A stretch of DNA of 64,000 nucleotides from Nemertoderma westbladi (taxonomy: Eukaryota > Animalia > Xenacoelomorpha): assembly GCA_032718475.1 (NCBI GenBank), contig JAUCBJ010009117.1, positions 31,215 through 95,214 of the forward strand. The letters are read 5' to 3'. Positions 1 through 12,498 of the stretch are shown here, piece after piece; positions within the stretch are counted from its first letter, which is position 1, and each line of letters begins with the position of its first letter. A program made the position numbers and the translations under genes. Below the pieces are notes generated by a model. That model did no database searches, was not told the DNA's origin, and was given only the letters and a program-made list of their open reading frames with translations.

Positions 1-1099
1 AGTATTATTGTCCAATAAGAAATCTTCACAAAAAAATACCGCCAAAACAACCATATGCTGATCCTATCCAATCCACTGCCACTGCTATATATCAGATCCA
101 CTGCTATTAGTCAGAGTTCAGACCACCGTAGGTGGTAGGTAGTACTGCAGTAGGACAGGAGGAGGGAGACTCAGCTCAGACTGCATTGCTGACATTCAGA
201 CATTGGACATTCCGACGTTATACTGTTATAGGCTGGCTGATACAGTGATAGGCCTATTTATAACGGCGCGAGGCAGCACACCATTACATCAGTACGTACG
301 TACCCGTACAATAGGCCCTAATCAGCTAATACTGTAGGCCTACTGAATTTTTCATTCAACTTCTGAACTTAGGCCCTATGCCCTACAGCCCTATTTCTGT
401 ATTTTATAACAAAATGATTCTCTCCTGCTCCTCACTGCCTCAGCTCAAGTCTGCAAGTCAGTCTTCCAGGCTGCCAGGTAGTCTACGGTACTCGTCTAAC
501 ATGAATGAATACCTGACCCTGACATGCCTGAATACCCACTAAGCCGATGACAGTGTTCACTGCTGGTACTGATACTGTGATGTGATATGGTGATGGTCAT
601 GGGCCTATAAACTTCAGAACATCAGAACTTATATTTCTGATTTTGGTAAGTTCACAAACACTGAAACAGACAAATTTTACAGTTTTACCGGTCTGTCTGT
701 CCGTAGTACAGTACCGGTAGTACCGGTATTTATTTATTAGTTAGTACCGGGAGTATTTATTTATTAGTTTAGTAGGCTACAGTAGTAACGGTCCTGTAGT
801 ATTTATTTATTTATTAGTTTAGTAGGCCTAGTATTTCTTTATTACAGTATTAGTTTAGTACCGGTAGTATTTATTTATTAGATTAGTATTTGGCCTATTT
901 ATTTATTAGTGTAGTAGGCCCTAGTATCTGAGTATTTATTGACTTTTTTAGCAGTTTAGGGGGCTTAGGCCCAGGCATGATGTTGACCGTATTACAGTAC
1001 CGGTATTACTGTCAATATTATTTTGTATTTATATACAACAACTACAAGTAGTGTACAATTTGTTACAGGTCAGTGGAGGACATACCACAGGTACATTTC

Positions 1100-1640
1100 C
1101 ATTGCTGCACTATCCATGTATCAATGCCGCTGTGTGGTGGAATGTACATCGGGCTAGAATGAGATGATCATATCTACGGTTCCTACCTTGCTCGAGATTT
1201 ACTACCAGGGCTTACGTTTCTATCACATCCTGACATCAGCACATGGCTACCAGTAATGGAGTTACCTAACAGAAACTGCGGCCAACTGCAAATATTATCT
1301 TCAGGGTTATTCTTCTGACGGCTTGGTCTGTTGGTGGCTGTGGCTGGCAATCTAAAACCTGCAGACCTGACAACTTTAGGAGCAAATTGGAGGCTGAAAT
1401 CAGCGGTACCGGTACTCTAGTTGATTCTGATCCCGCAAATCAAATACATTCAACTATACTACAAGTTCCTTTGGATTGGCAGATTGGGTTGATTGTGGTC
1501 TAACCGGCTAACACTCTGACTGTTCCACAGCGGCTCTGTTTGTTTATAGATCTTGCATGCCGGCCTTCCCATGATTGGCATCGCGTGTCGCAGTTCTACA
1601 TAAAGCTTATTGGATTAATGAAACCACATACTCTTTATAA
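1100..1640 (+). pseudogene. Possible degenerate Ulp1/SENP-like cysteine protease relic (probably transposon cargo)
   Basis: Broken frames read 'E*DDHIYG', 'LQIL', 'QIG/VDCGL' (1491-1502) and 'ANTL'. This is the order of the Ulp1-type WLxDxxI...QxNxxDCG motifs, but with several stops and frameshifts. Inference by eye. Confidence 0.25.
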
Positions 1641-2630
1641 TTCTAGAGTAAGTTAGGATATAGGCCTACAATACTACCGGTATTGGAACTGATGGACTTC
1701 TAAATAATGCCACTCAGTGTACCCTCTAACTCACAAGTGATTTCCAGTGTTTAATTAATCAGTAATTTATTTCTAGTATTTAATTTTAAAGTAAATTATT
1801 ATTTATAATTCTAACAGTATTATGGCAAGAAATCATGATCATACGAATGGCAGAGACACACTCAAAAATTTAACCTAACATTTCACTATTTTATTGTTAA
1901 TTTGAGTTCCTGACAGCGTATTTTTCAAAATGTTCACTGGGAAAAGTTTCTACTTGTTTATTCGAAAAATTGCTACTGCTGTGTATCGCTAATTTAATTT
2001 TCTACTTGATTTCTGTATTAATTTATTAAGATTTAAATATCATGGCGGCAGGTGGGCCAGGCCATCATCGGTCACTGTGGTTCGGTTGGCAGAAACAGAC
2101 TAAATCCATTATGGATAGCATGTGCGAATGTTGGTAGTATTAAATTTGTAATATATCAATGTTTGAATTTCAAATTGTACAGAAAATTTGCATTTTTCAA
2201 TATTCGCTATTATTTACTATTTAGAAATATGGCTTAACAATTTTTAGAAATTGTGATTTTATTTATTTATAGATTTAATTCACATTTTTATTCATTATGG
2301 TTAGTTTTGGTTTTTATGAAAAATATTATGGTTATATATATAAAGCAAGAATAGTTATTGGGGTGTATTTAGGCAGTTACCGGTATGTGATTAAAATAAA
2401 AAAAAATTTTAGGTTAGTAGGTCAAAATATATGTTTCAAATACAATAATATTTTGTTAAGATGTGTATTATAATTTGTACCAATAAATTAAGTAAGTTGT
2501 TTAAATTTGTTTAGGGTTTGGTAATTCGATGATTTGAACCATGAAATTGACTAGCTTGACCAAACGGACTGACAAATAAGGTATATTCGCCTGACGAAGT
2601 GAGCAAATTTACTCCCCAACGAAAATATTA

Positions 2631-2863
2631 CAGATAGGGGGGGAACTGGGCGCAATAAAATTCATCCCTCTCCAGGGGAAATTGGACGCAAATAACAGAT
2701 GATTACTCTCAAAAATAAAACCTTAGTTTATTGTTTTGGTTAAAATAACGTTCCACTGTAACCTGCTCCTTTCCCTAAATTGAGAATTTAACATTGATGC
2801 GGGATATTAATTCGCCAAGGCGGGTGTTGCGTCCAGCCCCCCCCCCCCCCCTCCCCCTGTCTC
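2631..2863. mobile_element. ~235-bp MITE with G/C-rich terminal inverted repeats
   Basis: Left end agataggggggggaactgggcgcaa is inverted with right end ttgcgtccagc(c)n tgtct. A second copy lies at 48295-48539 and a partial copy at 48896-49030. Confidence 0.75.
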
Positions 2864-2870
2864 ATATATG

Positions 2871-3590
2871 AACTTGCCCAAACGGGCAAGTTAAATATAT
2901 TAGCTTGCCAAAATGGGCAAGTTATATTTTAACTTGCCCAAACTGGCAAGTTAAATATATTAGATGCCAAAATGGGCAAGTTATATTTTAACTTGCCCAA
3001 ACTGGCAAGTTAAATATTATGGCTTGCCAAAATGGGCAAGTTATATTTTAGCTTGCCCAAACTGGCAAGTTAAATATAATGGCTTGCCAAAATGGGCAAG
3101 TTATATTTTAAATTGCCCAAACTGGCAAGTTAAATATATTAGCTTGCCAAAATGGGCAAGTTATATTTAAACTTGCCCCGACGGGCAAGTTAAATATATT
3201 AGCTTGCCAAAATGGGCAAGTTATATTTTAAATTGCCCAAACTGGCAAGTTAAATATATTAGCTTGCCAAAATGGGCAAGTTATATTTAAACTTGCCCCG
3301 ACGGGCAAGTTAAATATATTAGCTTGCCAAAATGGGCAAGTTATATTTTAACTTGCCCAAACTGGCAAGTTAAATATATTAGATGCCAAAATGGGCAAGT
3401 TATATTTTAACTTGCCCAAACTGGCAAGTTAAATATTATGGCTTGCCAAAATGGGCAAGTTATATTTTAGCTTGCCCAAACTGGCAAGTTAAATATTATG
3501 GCTTGCCAAAATGGGCAAGTTATATTTTAACTTGCCCAAACTGGCAAGTTAAATATAATGGCTTGCGAAAATGGGCAAGTTATATATTAA
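2871..3590. repeat. Tandem array of a 59-bp unit made of two short palindromes
   Basis: Unit aacttgcccaaactggcaagttaaatatattagcttgccaaaatgggcaagttatatttt, about 12 copies. Each half is an (a/g)cttgcc...ggcaagt hairpin. Confidence 0.9.
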
Positions 3591-3944
3591 CTACCTATAT
3601 ACTTATTTACTATGAGCATTAACTATACAGACAGCAAATTTTTGTATTCCGTTACAACTACAAATGAAGATGAAACAGTTGAAGTTGTAATAAGTATTGA
3701 AATGCAGCAGAGGAATATCCGCCGTTTTTTAATTATTATTAAGTATGCTATTTAGAGTTGCCTTTAATTGGATTGTTATTAATTAATAATTATTATTCTC
3801 ATGCAATAAATATCTGCCTTTGTTTATAAAGATATTATAAAGTAAAATAATTTCATTACGAATAGATTTCTTTCTTTATTATATTATTGACGTTTCACCA
3901 TGTGTGGAGTGTGTTGTGCAAGAAACTATATAATTAATATCCGG

Positions 3945-4202
3945 TGATTTTGACAAGAATATTTGTCAATAAAATTGGCTATATTTATAGCCAAAATGGA
4001 AAGAATTTTGCAGATTTAACAAGATATTCTTGTCAAGGATTGCAAGTATTCTTGTCAATACAACCAGAAATTCTTGCCAATTCTAATGACAAGAAATTCT
4101 TGCTAATTTGACAATCAGATTTGTGGCTAACTATTGACATGGGATTCTTGTCATTTTGAACATTTTTTTTTGTCAAATTGACAAGACACTTTTTAGAGTG
4201 TG
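3945..4202. mobile_element. Probable right end of a non-autonomous DNA transposon with gacaag/cttgtc subterminal motifs
   Basis: Many ttgacaag/cttgtcaa motifs in both orientations, ending in tttttagagtgtg (CACACTCTAAAAA on -). No clear partner end; cacactcaaaaa at 1857 is only a candidate. Confidence 0.35.
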
Positions 4203-7129
4203 GTGGGATTGGGGACCGAGAGCAACCTGTGCGTTACATAAACACAAAATGTAAGTGGTGGGATTGGGGACCGAGAGCAACCTGTGCGTTACATAAACAC
4301 TAAATGTAAGTGGTGGGATTGGGGACCGAGAGCAACCTGTGCGTTACATAAACACTAAATGTAAGTGGTGGGATTGGGGACCGAGAGCAACCTGTGCGTT
4401 ACATAAACACAAAATGTAAGTGGTGGGATTGGGGACCGAGAGCAACCTGTGCGTTACATAAACACAAAATGTAAGTGGTGGGATTGGGGACCGAGAGCAA
4501 CCTGTGCGTTACATAAACACTAAATGTAAGTGGTGGGATTGGGGACCGAGAGCAACCTGTGCGTTACATAAACACAAAATGTAAGTGGTGGGATTGGGGA
4601 CCGAGAGCAACCTGTGCGTTACATAAACACTAAATGTAAGTGGTGGGATTGGGGACCGAGAGCAACCTGTGCGTTACATAAACACAAAATGTAAGTGGTG
4701 GGATTGGGGACCGAGAGCAACCTGTGCGTTACATAAACACTAAATGTAAGTGGTGGGATTGGGGACCGAGAGCAACCTGTGCGTTACATAAACACAAAAT
4801 GTAAGTGGTGGGATTGGGGACCGAGAGCAACCTGTGCGTTACATAAACACAAAATGTAAGTGGTGGGATTGGGGACCGAGAGCAACCTGTGCGTTACATA
4901 AACACAAAATGTAAGTGGTGGGATTGGGGACCGAGAGCAACCTGTGCGTTACATAAACACAAAATGTAAGTGGTGGGATTGGGGACCGAGAGCAACCTGT
5001 GCGTTACATAAACACTAAATGTAAGTGGTGGGATTGGGGACCGAGAGCAACCTGTGCGTTACATAAACACAAAATGTAAGTGGTGGGATTGGGGACCGAG
5101 AGCAACCTGTGCGTTACATAAACACAAAATGTAAGTGGTGGGATTGGGGACCGAGAGCAACCTGTGCGTTACATAAACACAAAATGTAAGTGGTGGGATT
5201 GGGGACCGAGAGCAACCTGTGCGTTACATAAACACTAAATGTAAGTGGTGGGATTGGGGACCGAGAGCAACCTGTGCGTTACATAAACACAAAATGTAAG
5301 TGGTGGGATTGGGGACCGAGAGCAACCTGTGCGTTACATAAACACTAAATGTAAGTGGTGGGATTGGGGACCGAGAGCAACCTGTGCGTTACATAAACAC
5401 AAAATGTAAGTGGTGGGATTGGGGACCGAGAGCAACCTGTGCGTTACATAAACACAAAATGTAAGTGGTGGGATTGGGGACCGAGAGCAACCTGTGCGTT
5501 ACATAAACACAAAATGTAAGTGGTGGGATTGGGGACCGAGAGCAACCTGTGCGTTACATAAACACAAAATGTAAGTGGTGGGATTGGGGACCGAGAGCAA
5601 CCTGTGCGTTACATAAACACAAAATGTAAGTGGTGGGATTGGGGACCGAGAGCAACCTGTGCGTTACATAAACACAAAATGTAAGTGGTGGGATTGGGGA
5701 CCGAGAGCAACCTGTGCGTTACATAAACACAAAATGTAAGTGGTGGGATTGGGGACCGAGAGCAACCTGTGCGTTACATAAACACAAAATGTAAGTGGTG
5801 GGATTGGGGACCGAGAGCAACCTGTGCGTTACATAAACACAAAATGTAAGTGGTGGGATTGGGGACCGAGAGCAACCTGTGCGTTACATAAACACAAAAT
5901 GTAAGTGGTGGGATTGGGGACCGAGAGCAACCTGTGCGTTACATAAACACAAAATGTAAGTGGTGGGATTGGGGACCGAGAGCAACCTGTGCGTTACATA
6001 AACACAAAATGTAAGTGGTGGGATTGGGGACCGAGAGCAACCTGTGCGTTACATAAACACAAAATGTAAGTGGTGGGATTGGGGACCGAGAGCAACCTGT
6101 GCGTTACATAAACACAAAATGTAAGTGGTGGGATTGGGGACCGAGAGCAACCTGTGCGTTACATAAACACTAAATGTAAGTGGTGGGATTGGGGACCGAG
6201 AGCAACCTGTGCGTTACATAAACACAAAATGTAAGTGGTGGGATTGGGGACCGAGAGCAACCTGTGCGTTACATAAACACTAAATGTAAGTGGTGGGATT
6301 GGGGACCGAGAGCAACCTGTGCGTTACATAAACACTAAATGTAAGTGGTGGGATTGGGGACCGAGAGCAACCTGTGCGTTACATAAACACAAAATGTAAG
6401 TGGTGGGATTGGGGACCGAGAGCAACCTGTGCGTTACATAAACACAAAATGTAAGTGGTGGGATTGGGGACCGAGAGCAACCTGTGCGTTACATAAACAC
6501 TAAATGTAAGTGGTGGGATTGGGGACCGAGAGCAACCTGTGCGTTACATAAACACAAAATGTAAGTGGTGGGATTGGGGACCGAGAGCAACCTGTGCGTT
6601 ACATAAACACAAAATGTAAGTGGTGGGATTGGGGACCGAGAGCAACCTGTGCGTTACATAAACACAAAATGTAAGTGGTGGGATTGGGGACCGAGAGCAA
6701 CCTGTGCGTTACATAAACACAAAATGTAAGTGGTGGGATTGGGGACCGAGAGCAACCTGTGCGTTACATAAACACAAAATGTAAGTGGTGGGATTGGGGA
6801 CCGAGAGCAACCTGTGCGTTACATAAACACAAAATGTAAGTGGTGGGATTGGGGACCGAGAGCAACCTGTGCGTTACATAAACACTAAATGTAAGTGGTG
6901 GGATTGGGGACCGAGAGCAACCTGTGCGTTACATAAACACAAAATGTAAGTGGTGGGATTGGGGACCGAGAGCAACCTGTGCGTTACATAAACACAAAAT
7001 GTAAGTGGTGGGATTGGGGACCGAGAGCAACCTGTGCGTTACATAAACACTAAATGTAAGTGGTGGGATTGGGGACCGAGAGCAACCTGTGCGTTACATA
7101 AACACAAAATGTAAGTGGTGGGATTGGGG
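4198..7129 (+). repeat. Highly homogeneous 55-bp satellite, ~53 copies
   Basis: Unit gtaagtggtgggattggggaccgagagcaacctgtgcgttacataaacac(a/t)aaat; essentially one polymorphic site. Confidence 0.97.
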
Positions 7130-7852
7130 TCGTAGAAGGCTTTGCGTCACCGGTGTTACAAAACTACAGCACTGTCCAATGTGCAGTGAACTCTTGGTGA
7201 CGATTTGGAAACCCTTAGCCAGTTAGCAACACGGTCTGGTAATAAATTTTACTATCTGCTAATGCTGTAATGTTTTTAATTCGTTTGTAACTCTACATGA
7301 ACTCGTTTGTTTGTTTGTACCCTTTCTTTGTATTATTTCAATTGGGTATACCTCTAATAATAATGTTTCAATTTTTGTACAATTCTGTACGTTCCGTAAA
7401 ACCGTTGCCTATTGCAGATCACACACATCCCACTATCCTCCAAATCTTATGGTATGTATGTACTCAAACTCAGTCGACCCAACTACCACTGCACTGACCT
7501 TTATTATAACTTTGTTGCTCATATCAATATCACCGAAGACGTTTTTGGCCATAATCCAGTAATCAGATGATGCAATATATACAATCAAGGACTTGATACA
7601 ATACAGCAATGGTGAAAGTATTCATTAACATTAAATGGCAGTGCGAGAACGTATGTTCGTTTGCACAGTTTGTGCAGTTGTGGTGGTCAGAAATCTCGGG
7701 CTGTCGGGGTCACCGAACTACCGAAGCTGCGAAGGGAAGGTATCGGTACTACTGTGTAGGCCTACTTCTCAGCTCTGCAGACTGCAGCTTGTGTACTGCT
7801 GTACTGTACTATGTTAAGGAAGTATTTGGCGTGGAAAACTATCTGAGTGTCA

Positions 7853-8590
7853 TTATTATTATTATTATTATTATTACACCCATAGTCAAAAATTGCACAT
7901 ATGAAATTTATTTCAAATAAAATAGATCATTAGATAAAAATATATACAGTAAGTAGTGGGGGAGGAGACTAACCAGGCCCGTGCACTTACGGTTAGCCAT
8001 TCCATTATTTAAGTTAATTAATTTGTATACTAATCGTTATAAGTACATGTAAAAGTAACTAAAAAGTATTAAATAATTAAACGTTTCCCTGATAAAAATA
8101 TTTTTCTAAAAAATATTGTTAAAGATATTTTTCTACTGCCCGTACTGAAATTGATATATTAACAATAAATAGTATTATATAATAACATGAGTTATGCCAA
8201 AAATAATCAAATTATTATAAAAATCTGTTAAAACTGCAGTATTTTAAAAGGTCTACATCCCGTGCTAAAATATTACTAAAAATATTAATGTTTGGGGCTG
8301 ATGCAGCATTAGAAGGTAGGTCGTTCCACATACTAACTATCCTATTACAAAAATATTTCTGACAAATTTGTAGGCGGCAAAAATTGTGTTGCAATTTAGA
8401 TTGGTGACCTCTAAGACCCCTTCGTGAAGCAAAGCTAAAAAAATCATCAAAATTCATTTGCACTGCACCGGTGATTATAGAGTAAACCTGTTTTAAATCA
8501 AACACATGACGTCTAACTTCGAGTGGTTGTAAGTTTAAGTACTCAAGTCTATCTAAATAAGGCACTGTCCTGAGTCTGTGAGTGACTGAG
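7853..8590 (-). mobile_element. 5'-truncated CR1/Jockey-group LINE (ORF2 C-terminus, 3' UTR, (TAA)n tail)
   Basis: ORF 8604-8215 reads YLDRLEYLNLQPLEVRR..DL..VY.I..G..RGH..KL...FCNRIVSMWNDLP, a typical CR1 ORF2 end. The (att)n run at ~7853-7876 may be the tail. Confidence 0.75.
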
Positions 8591-9916
8591 TGGGCACCCG
8601 TCATTAAGGATAGTTGTAGCGAAGTTCTTGTGTTCGGCGCATAGACCTGTAGACTACTGGACTAATGATAGTGATAGAGTACCGGTACCATAGGCAGAGG
8701 CCTATGTGCCTATTGCATTATTGATTAAAAACGAAAATATTCATTCTGTCTGACTGATGCACTAAGACTGTAAGAAGTAGGCCTTGTCCTGTCAGCCTGT
8801 TGTCTCTGCTTGTTAGTTCTGTAGTTCAGTAGGTAGTGATAGTGAGTGAGTCTGTAAAGCTGTAAACAGGTAAAGGTACGGTCTGACGGTAGTTAGTTAG
8901 ATACAATTATCTAGAATATAAATATGCTATTAGCTAAGGCCTATTCCTGTATTCTGTCTGTCTGTAGGCCTATTCTAGTCCAGTACTCCGACAGTCCGGG
9001 AGATGACGTGGTGTTGGTGTAGGGCTGTACTGCTGTAGCCTGTAGGGCTGTAGGGTAGGGTAGGCCGTAGGGCCTACCTTTATAAACTTTGTAAACGTTT
9101 TTCTAGACAAGTAAGTATTCTTGGGTTTGACTTTTCGGCGTAGGTGTAGTCTACGCGTAGCCTACGCGTAGGCTACGCGTATGTGATCGAATGCAGTTTC
9201 GCGTAGGTAAATTTTTCGCGCAGGTCAGTAGGTAACCAATGAATGAATCGAACTAGAGCTTTAAGAAAAGAGAGGTAAATTCAAATAAGCTCAATCCTAT
9301 AAACGATATAAAGTTGTTTGGCAGTTTGGTGTATTATGATAGTGCAGGACAGACTAACTGAGATAGGCCTATACTAACAAAAGCAACCTTTGTGCGTTGT
9401 GTTCCACATACACAGGGACAGACCAGATTAGGCCTCCACGGTATGTATTGTATATATATACTGATATATATATTTATTGATTATGTCATGTACCGGTACG
9501 GTCAGACGGTACTCAGGTACTGTATATAGTACCGGTATAAAGCAAATAATGTTTATTGTGACTCGTTAATACTGCGTGCGTCAGTGTATCACGTATTAGA
9601 GTAGTTTAGGTACGTACTCCATACTCAGCTAAGCATGCTCAGTAATACAGCAGAATACATTGAGTCGTAAGTCTACTACGGTAGACTTTGGACGATTCTA
9701 CCTAAAACATTCACATATGCATTCACGTATGCCGTTCAAGGTAAAATAAGTCGGAATCTTTCAAAGTATATTATAATACCTGTACAACGCAGTGTATTCC
9801 AATTCCATTGCAATATTGTCGGAATTCTGATTTGCTCTTTTTAGCTCGTCTATGTCATTAGTTTATCGTTATTTATTTAAGATTTTATAGGATGGATCCA
9901 GTGAAATTAATTGGTG

Positions 9917-10575
9917 GTAACCGAGTTCGGAGGGTAACTTACATTGGTCCTTCTACCTCAAGGGGTCTTCGGTAACCGAGTTTGGAGGGTAACTTACTTG
10001 GTCCTTCTACCTCAAGGGGTCTTCGGTAACCGAGTTCGGAGGGTAACTTACATTGGTCCTTCTACCTCAAGGGGTCTTCGGTAACCGAGTTCGGAGGGTA
10101 ACTTACATTGGTCCTTCTACCTCAAGGGGTCTTCGGTAACCGAGTTCGGAGGGTAACTTACATTGGTCCTTCTACCTCAAGGGGTCTTCGGTAACCGAGT
10201 TCGGAGGGTAACTTACATTGGTCCTTCTACCTCAAGGGGTCTTCGGTAACCGAGTTCGGAGGGTAACTTACATTGGTCCTTCTACCTCAAGGGGTCTTCG
10301 GTAACCGAGTTCGGAGGGTAACTTACATTGGTCCTTCTACCTCAAGGGGTCTTCGGTAACCGATTTCGGAGGGTAACTTACATTGGTCCTTCTACCTCAA
10401 GGGGTCTTCGGTAACCGAGTTCGGAGGGTAACTTACATTGGTCCTTCTACCTCAAGGGGTCTTCGGTAACCGAGTTCGGAGGGTAACTTACATTGGTCCT
10501 TCTACCTCAAGGGGTCTTCGGTAACCGAGTTCGGAGGGTAACTTACATTGGTCCTTCTACCTCAAGGGGTCTTCG
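9917..10575 (+). repeat. 55-bp minisatellite, ~12 copies, in the first MULE exon
   Basis: Unit gtaaccgagttcggagggtaacttacattggtccttctacctcaaggggtcttcg. Confidence 0.95.
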
Positions 10576-11996
10576 TCAAATAGTTATGCATTGTTAAAAT
10601 CGGAATCCAGTTCATTATCTCTCAGTGTACTTCAATCCATCAACATACAAGCTTGAGGATGATGATTCTACCGATGATTCTACTGATATGCAACTGTAAT
10701 TATATAATATATTATATTAATATCTATTTATTATTATATTATTGAATAATAGTAAATATTTAATTACTTTATAATAATATTATTTTTGTTATTTTTCAGG
10801 GAAAAGATTCGACGACGCCATGTGTTATGTTCTGATGTGTTGGACGTAGTTGAGGAAACTATTTCGCAGAACTTAAGCTTTAACATAAAGCCTAAATTGT
10901 TGGCATCCGATATCAATAAGACTCATAATACTGATATGTTACAAACATCGCGTTTGGAGGACAATGTTTCGGCGAAACATGTTAGCAACGCTAAGGCTCG
11001 TTTTAAAAAGAACATGGACCCCCATACCAATGTAATGTTACTTAAGGCTTCAGAGTCCGAAGATGAAACCCTGTTTATCCGGGAATGCGTGTACAAAGAC
11101 ATTGGGTTCCTATACCAACTTTATACCGATCGTCAAGTTCAAGAGGCCGTAATATTTTGCTCTGGACCGGGGGCCTTTGCTTTGGGAGTGGACGCAGTAT
11201 TCAACATCTCTCAGCAGTGTTGCGGTTTCTTCACAACATACCGCGCATTGGTTTTTGAAGGTAATCCTGTGTTATTAGGACCTGGTGGATTGATACCGAA
11301 AAAGGTCGAGGATTGTTATCGCCATGTTTTGATGCCGTTGTGAAATACAAGTCTTTCCAGAGACCTAACTTAATGCTCTTCCGATGGCGAGACGGCAATA
11401 ATAAATGCCGTATCACAATTATTTCCCTATTGCGTTCAAATTCGGGGCCTTGAACACCTTGAAAATATTTCACAGAAAGCTCGAAAATGTGGTGTTACTA
11501 AAACAGGATATTAATAAGTTGGTATTATCAGATGCTATCAGTGATGAATTTAATGTGATGATTGATAGGTACTTGTGTGATGGAATAGACGTTAGAGTGT
11601 GTCAGTACTTGATGGAACTGTTTCCAATTTTTAGAGAATTGCAATATTGGGATACTAAGAAACCGTGATAGACGGATCCTCTATAATCAAGCAGTGAAAT
11701 CAATGAATAAAGTTATTAAGGATTTCTCCAATAAGCTGCAAGTTGATGACGCTATAGTTCGTATTAAGGATGTCGTTCGTGCGCAACATGATGAAGTCGT
11801 GAAAGACTTTCTAGGCGTTGGTAAATTCAAGCTTAAAAACCAATTTAAGCACCTGGGAATTTCGCAAGCAGATTACTTCTCGCTGAGTGTTTCAGAAAGG
11901 ATGTGGTGGTACAAGAACCATTTAGAAAAGATCCATAAAGAGCTTCTGAGTGACTTGTTTACTCTACAAGGATTTATACAGGATGGGGATGTAATT

Positions 11997-12378
11997 GTGT
12001 GTGATGCAGCTGGAGGCTTAAGTCAGCGTGAGGCAGCTGGTGGTTTAAGTCAGTGTGATGCAGCTGGAGGCTTAAGTCAGCGTGAGGCAGCTGGTGGTTT
12101 AAGTCAGTAGTGTGATGCAGCTGGTGGTTAAGTCAGTGTGATGCAGCTGGAGGCTTAAGTCAGTGTGAGGCAGCTGGAGGTTAAAGTCAGTGTGATGCAG
12201 CTGGAGGCTTAAGTCAGCGTGAGGCAGCTGGAGGCTTAAGTCAGCGTGAGGCAGCTGGTGGTTTAAGTCAGTGTGATGCAGCTGGAGGCTTAAGTCAGCG
12301 TGAGGCAGCTGGTGGTTTAAGTCAGTGTGATGCAGCTGGAAGCTTAAGTCAGCGTGATGCAGCTGGTGGTTTAAGTGA
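11997..12378 (+). repeat. 27-bp minisatellite (AAGGLSQCD/RE), ~14 copies
   Basis: Unit (t/c)gtga(t/g)gcagctgg(a/t)gg(c/t)ttaagtcag; small indels break the frame. Confidence 0.92.
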
Positions 12379-12498
12379 TATAAGTGGGTGTGAGGCAGAA
12401 GTTATAGAATGTTATGTAATTGATGACACCGCTACATTGAGTGGGCCATATAGTGAAGTGGGGCTTGGCCTTGGATTGTATGAGAAAAGTAAAGATAA

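Noticed and set aside
2733-2760. RSS-like TACAGTG-12 nt-AACCAAAAC on the minus strand
   Set aside because: It lacks the essential CAC, the nonamer match is poor, and the heptamer is not conserved in other copies of the two-box motif.
2871-7129. CRISPR-like arrays
   Set aside because: The units have no unique spacers, there are no cas genes, and the context is eukaryotic; these are tandem repeats.
7130-7700. Minus-strand pseudo-coding stretch with vague LRR/Ig-like words
   Set aside because: Multiple stops and no motif strong enough to name a family.
9152-9181. 30-bp perfect palindrome tacgcgtagcctacgcgtaggctacgcgta as a MULE terminus
   Set aside because: No partner TIR or TSD found, so no element boundary can be assigned.
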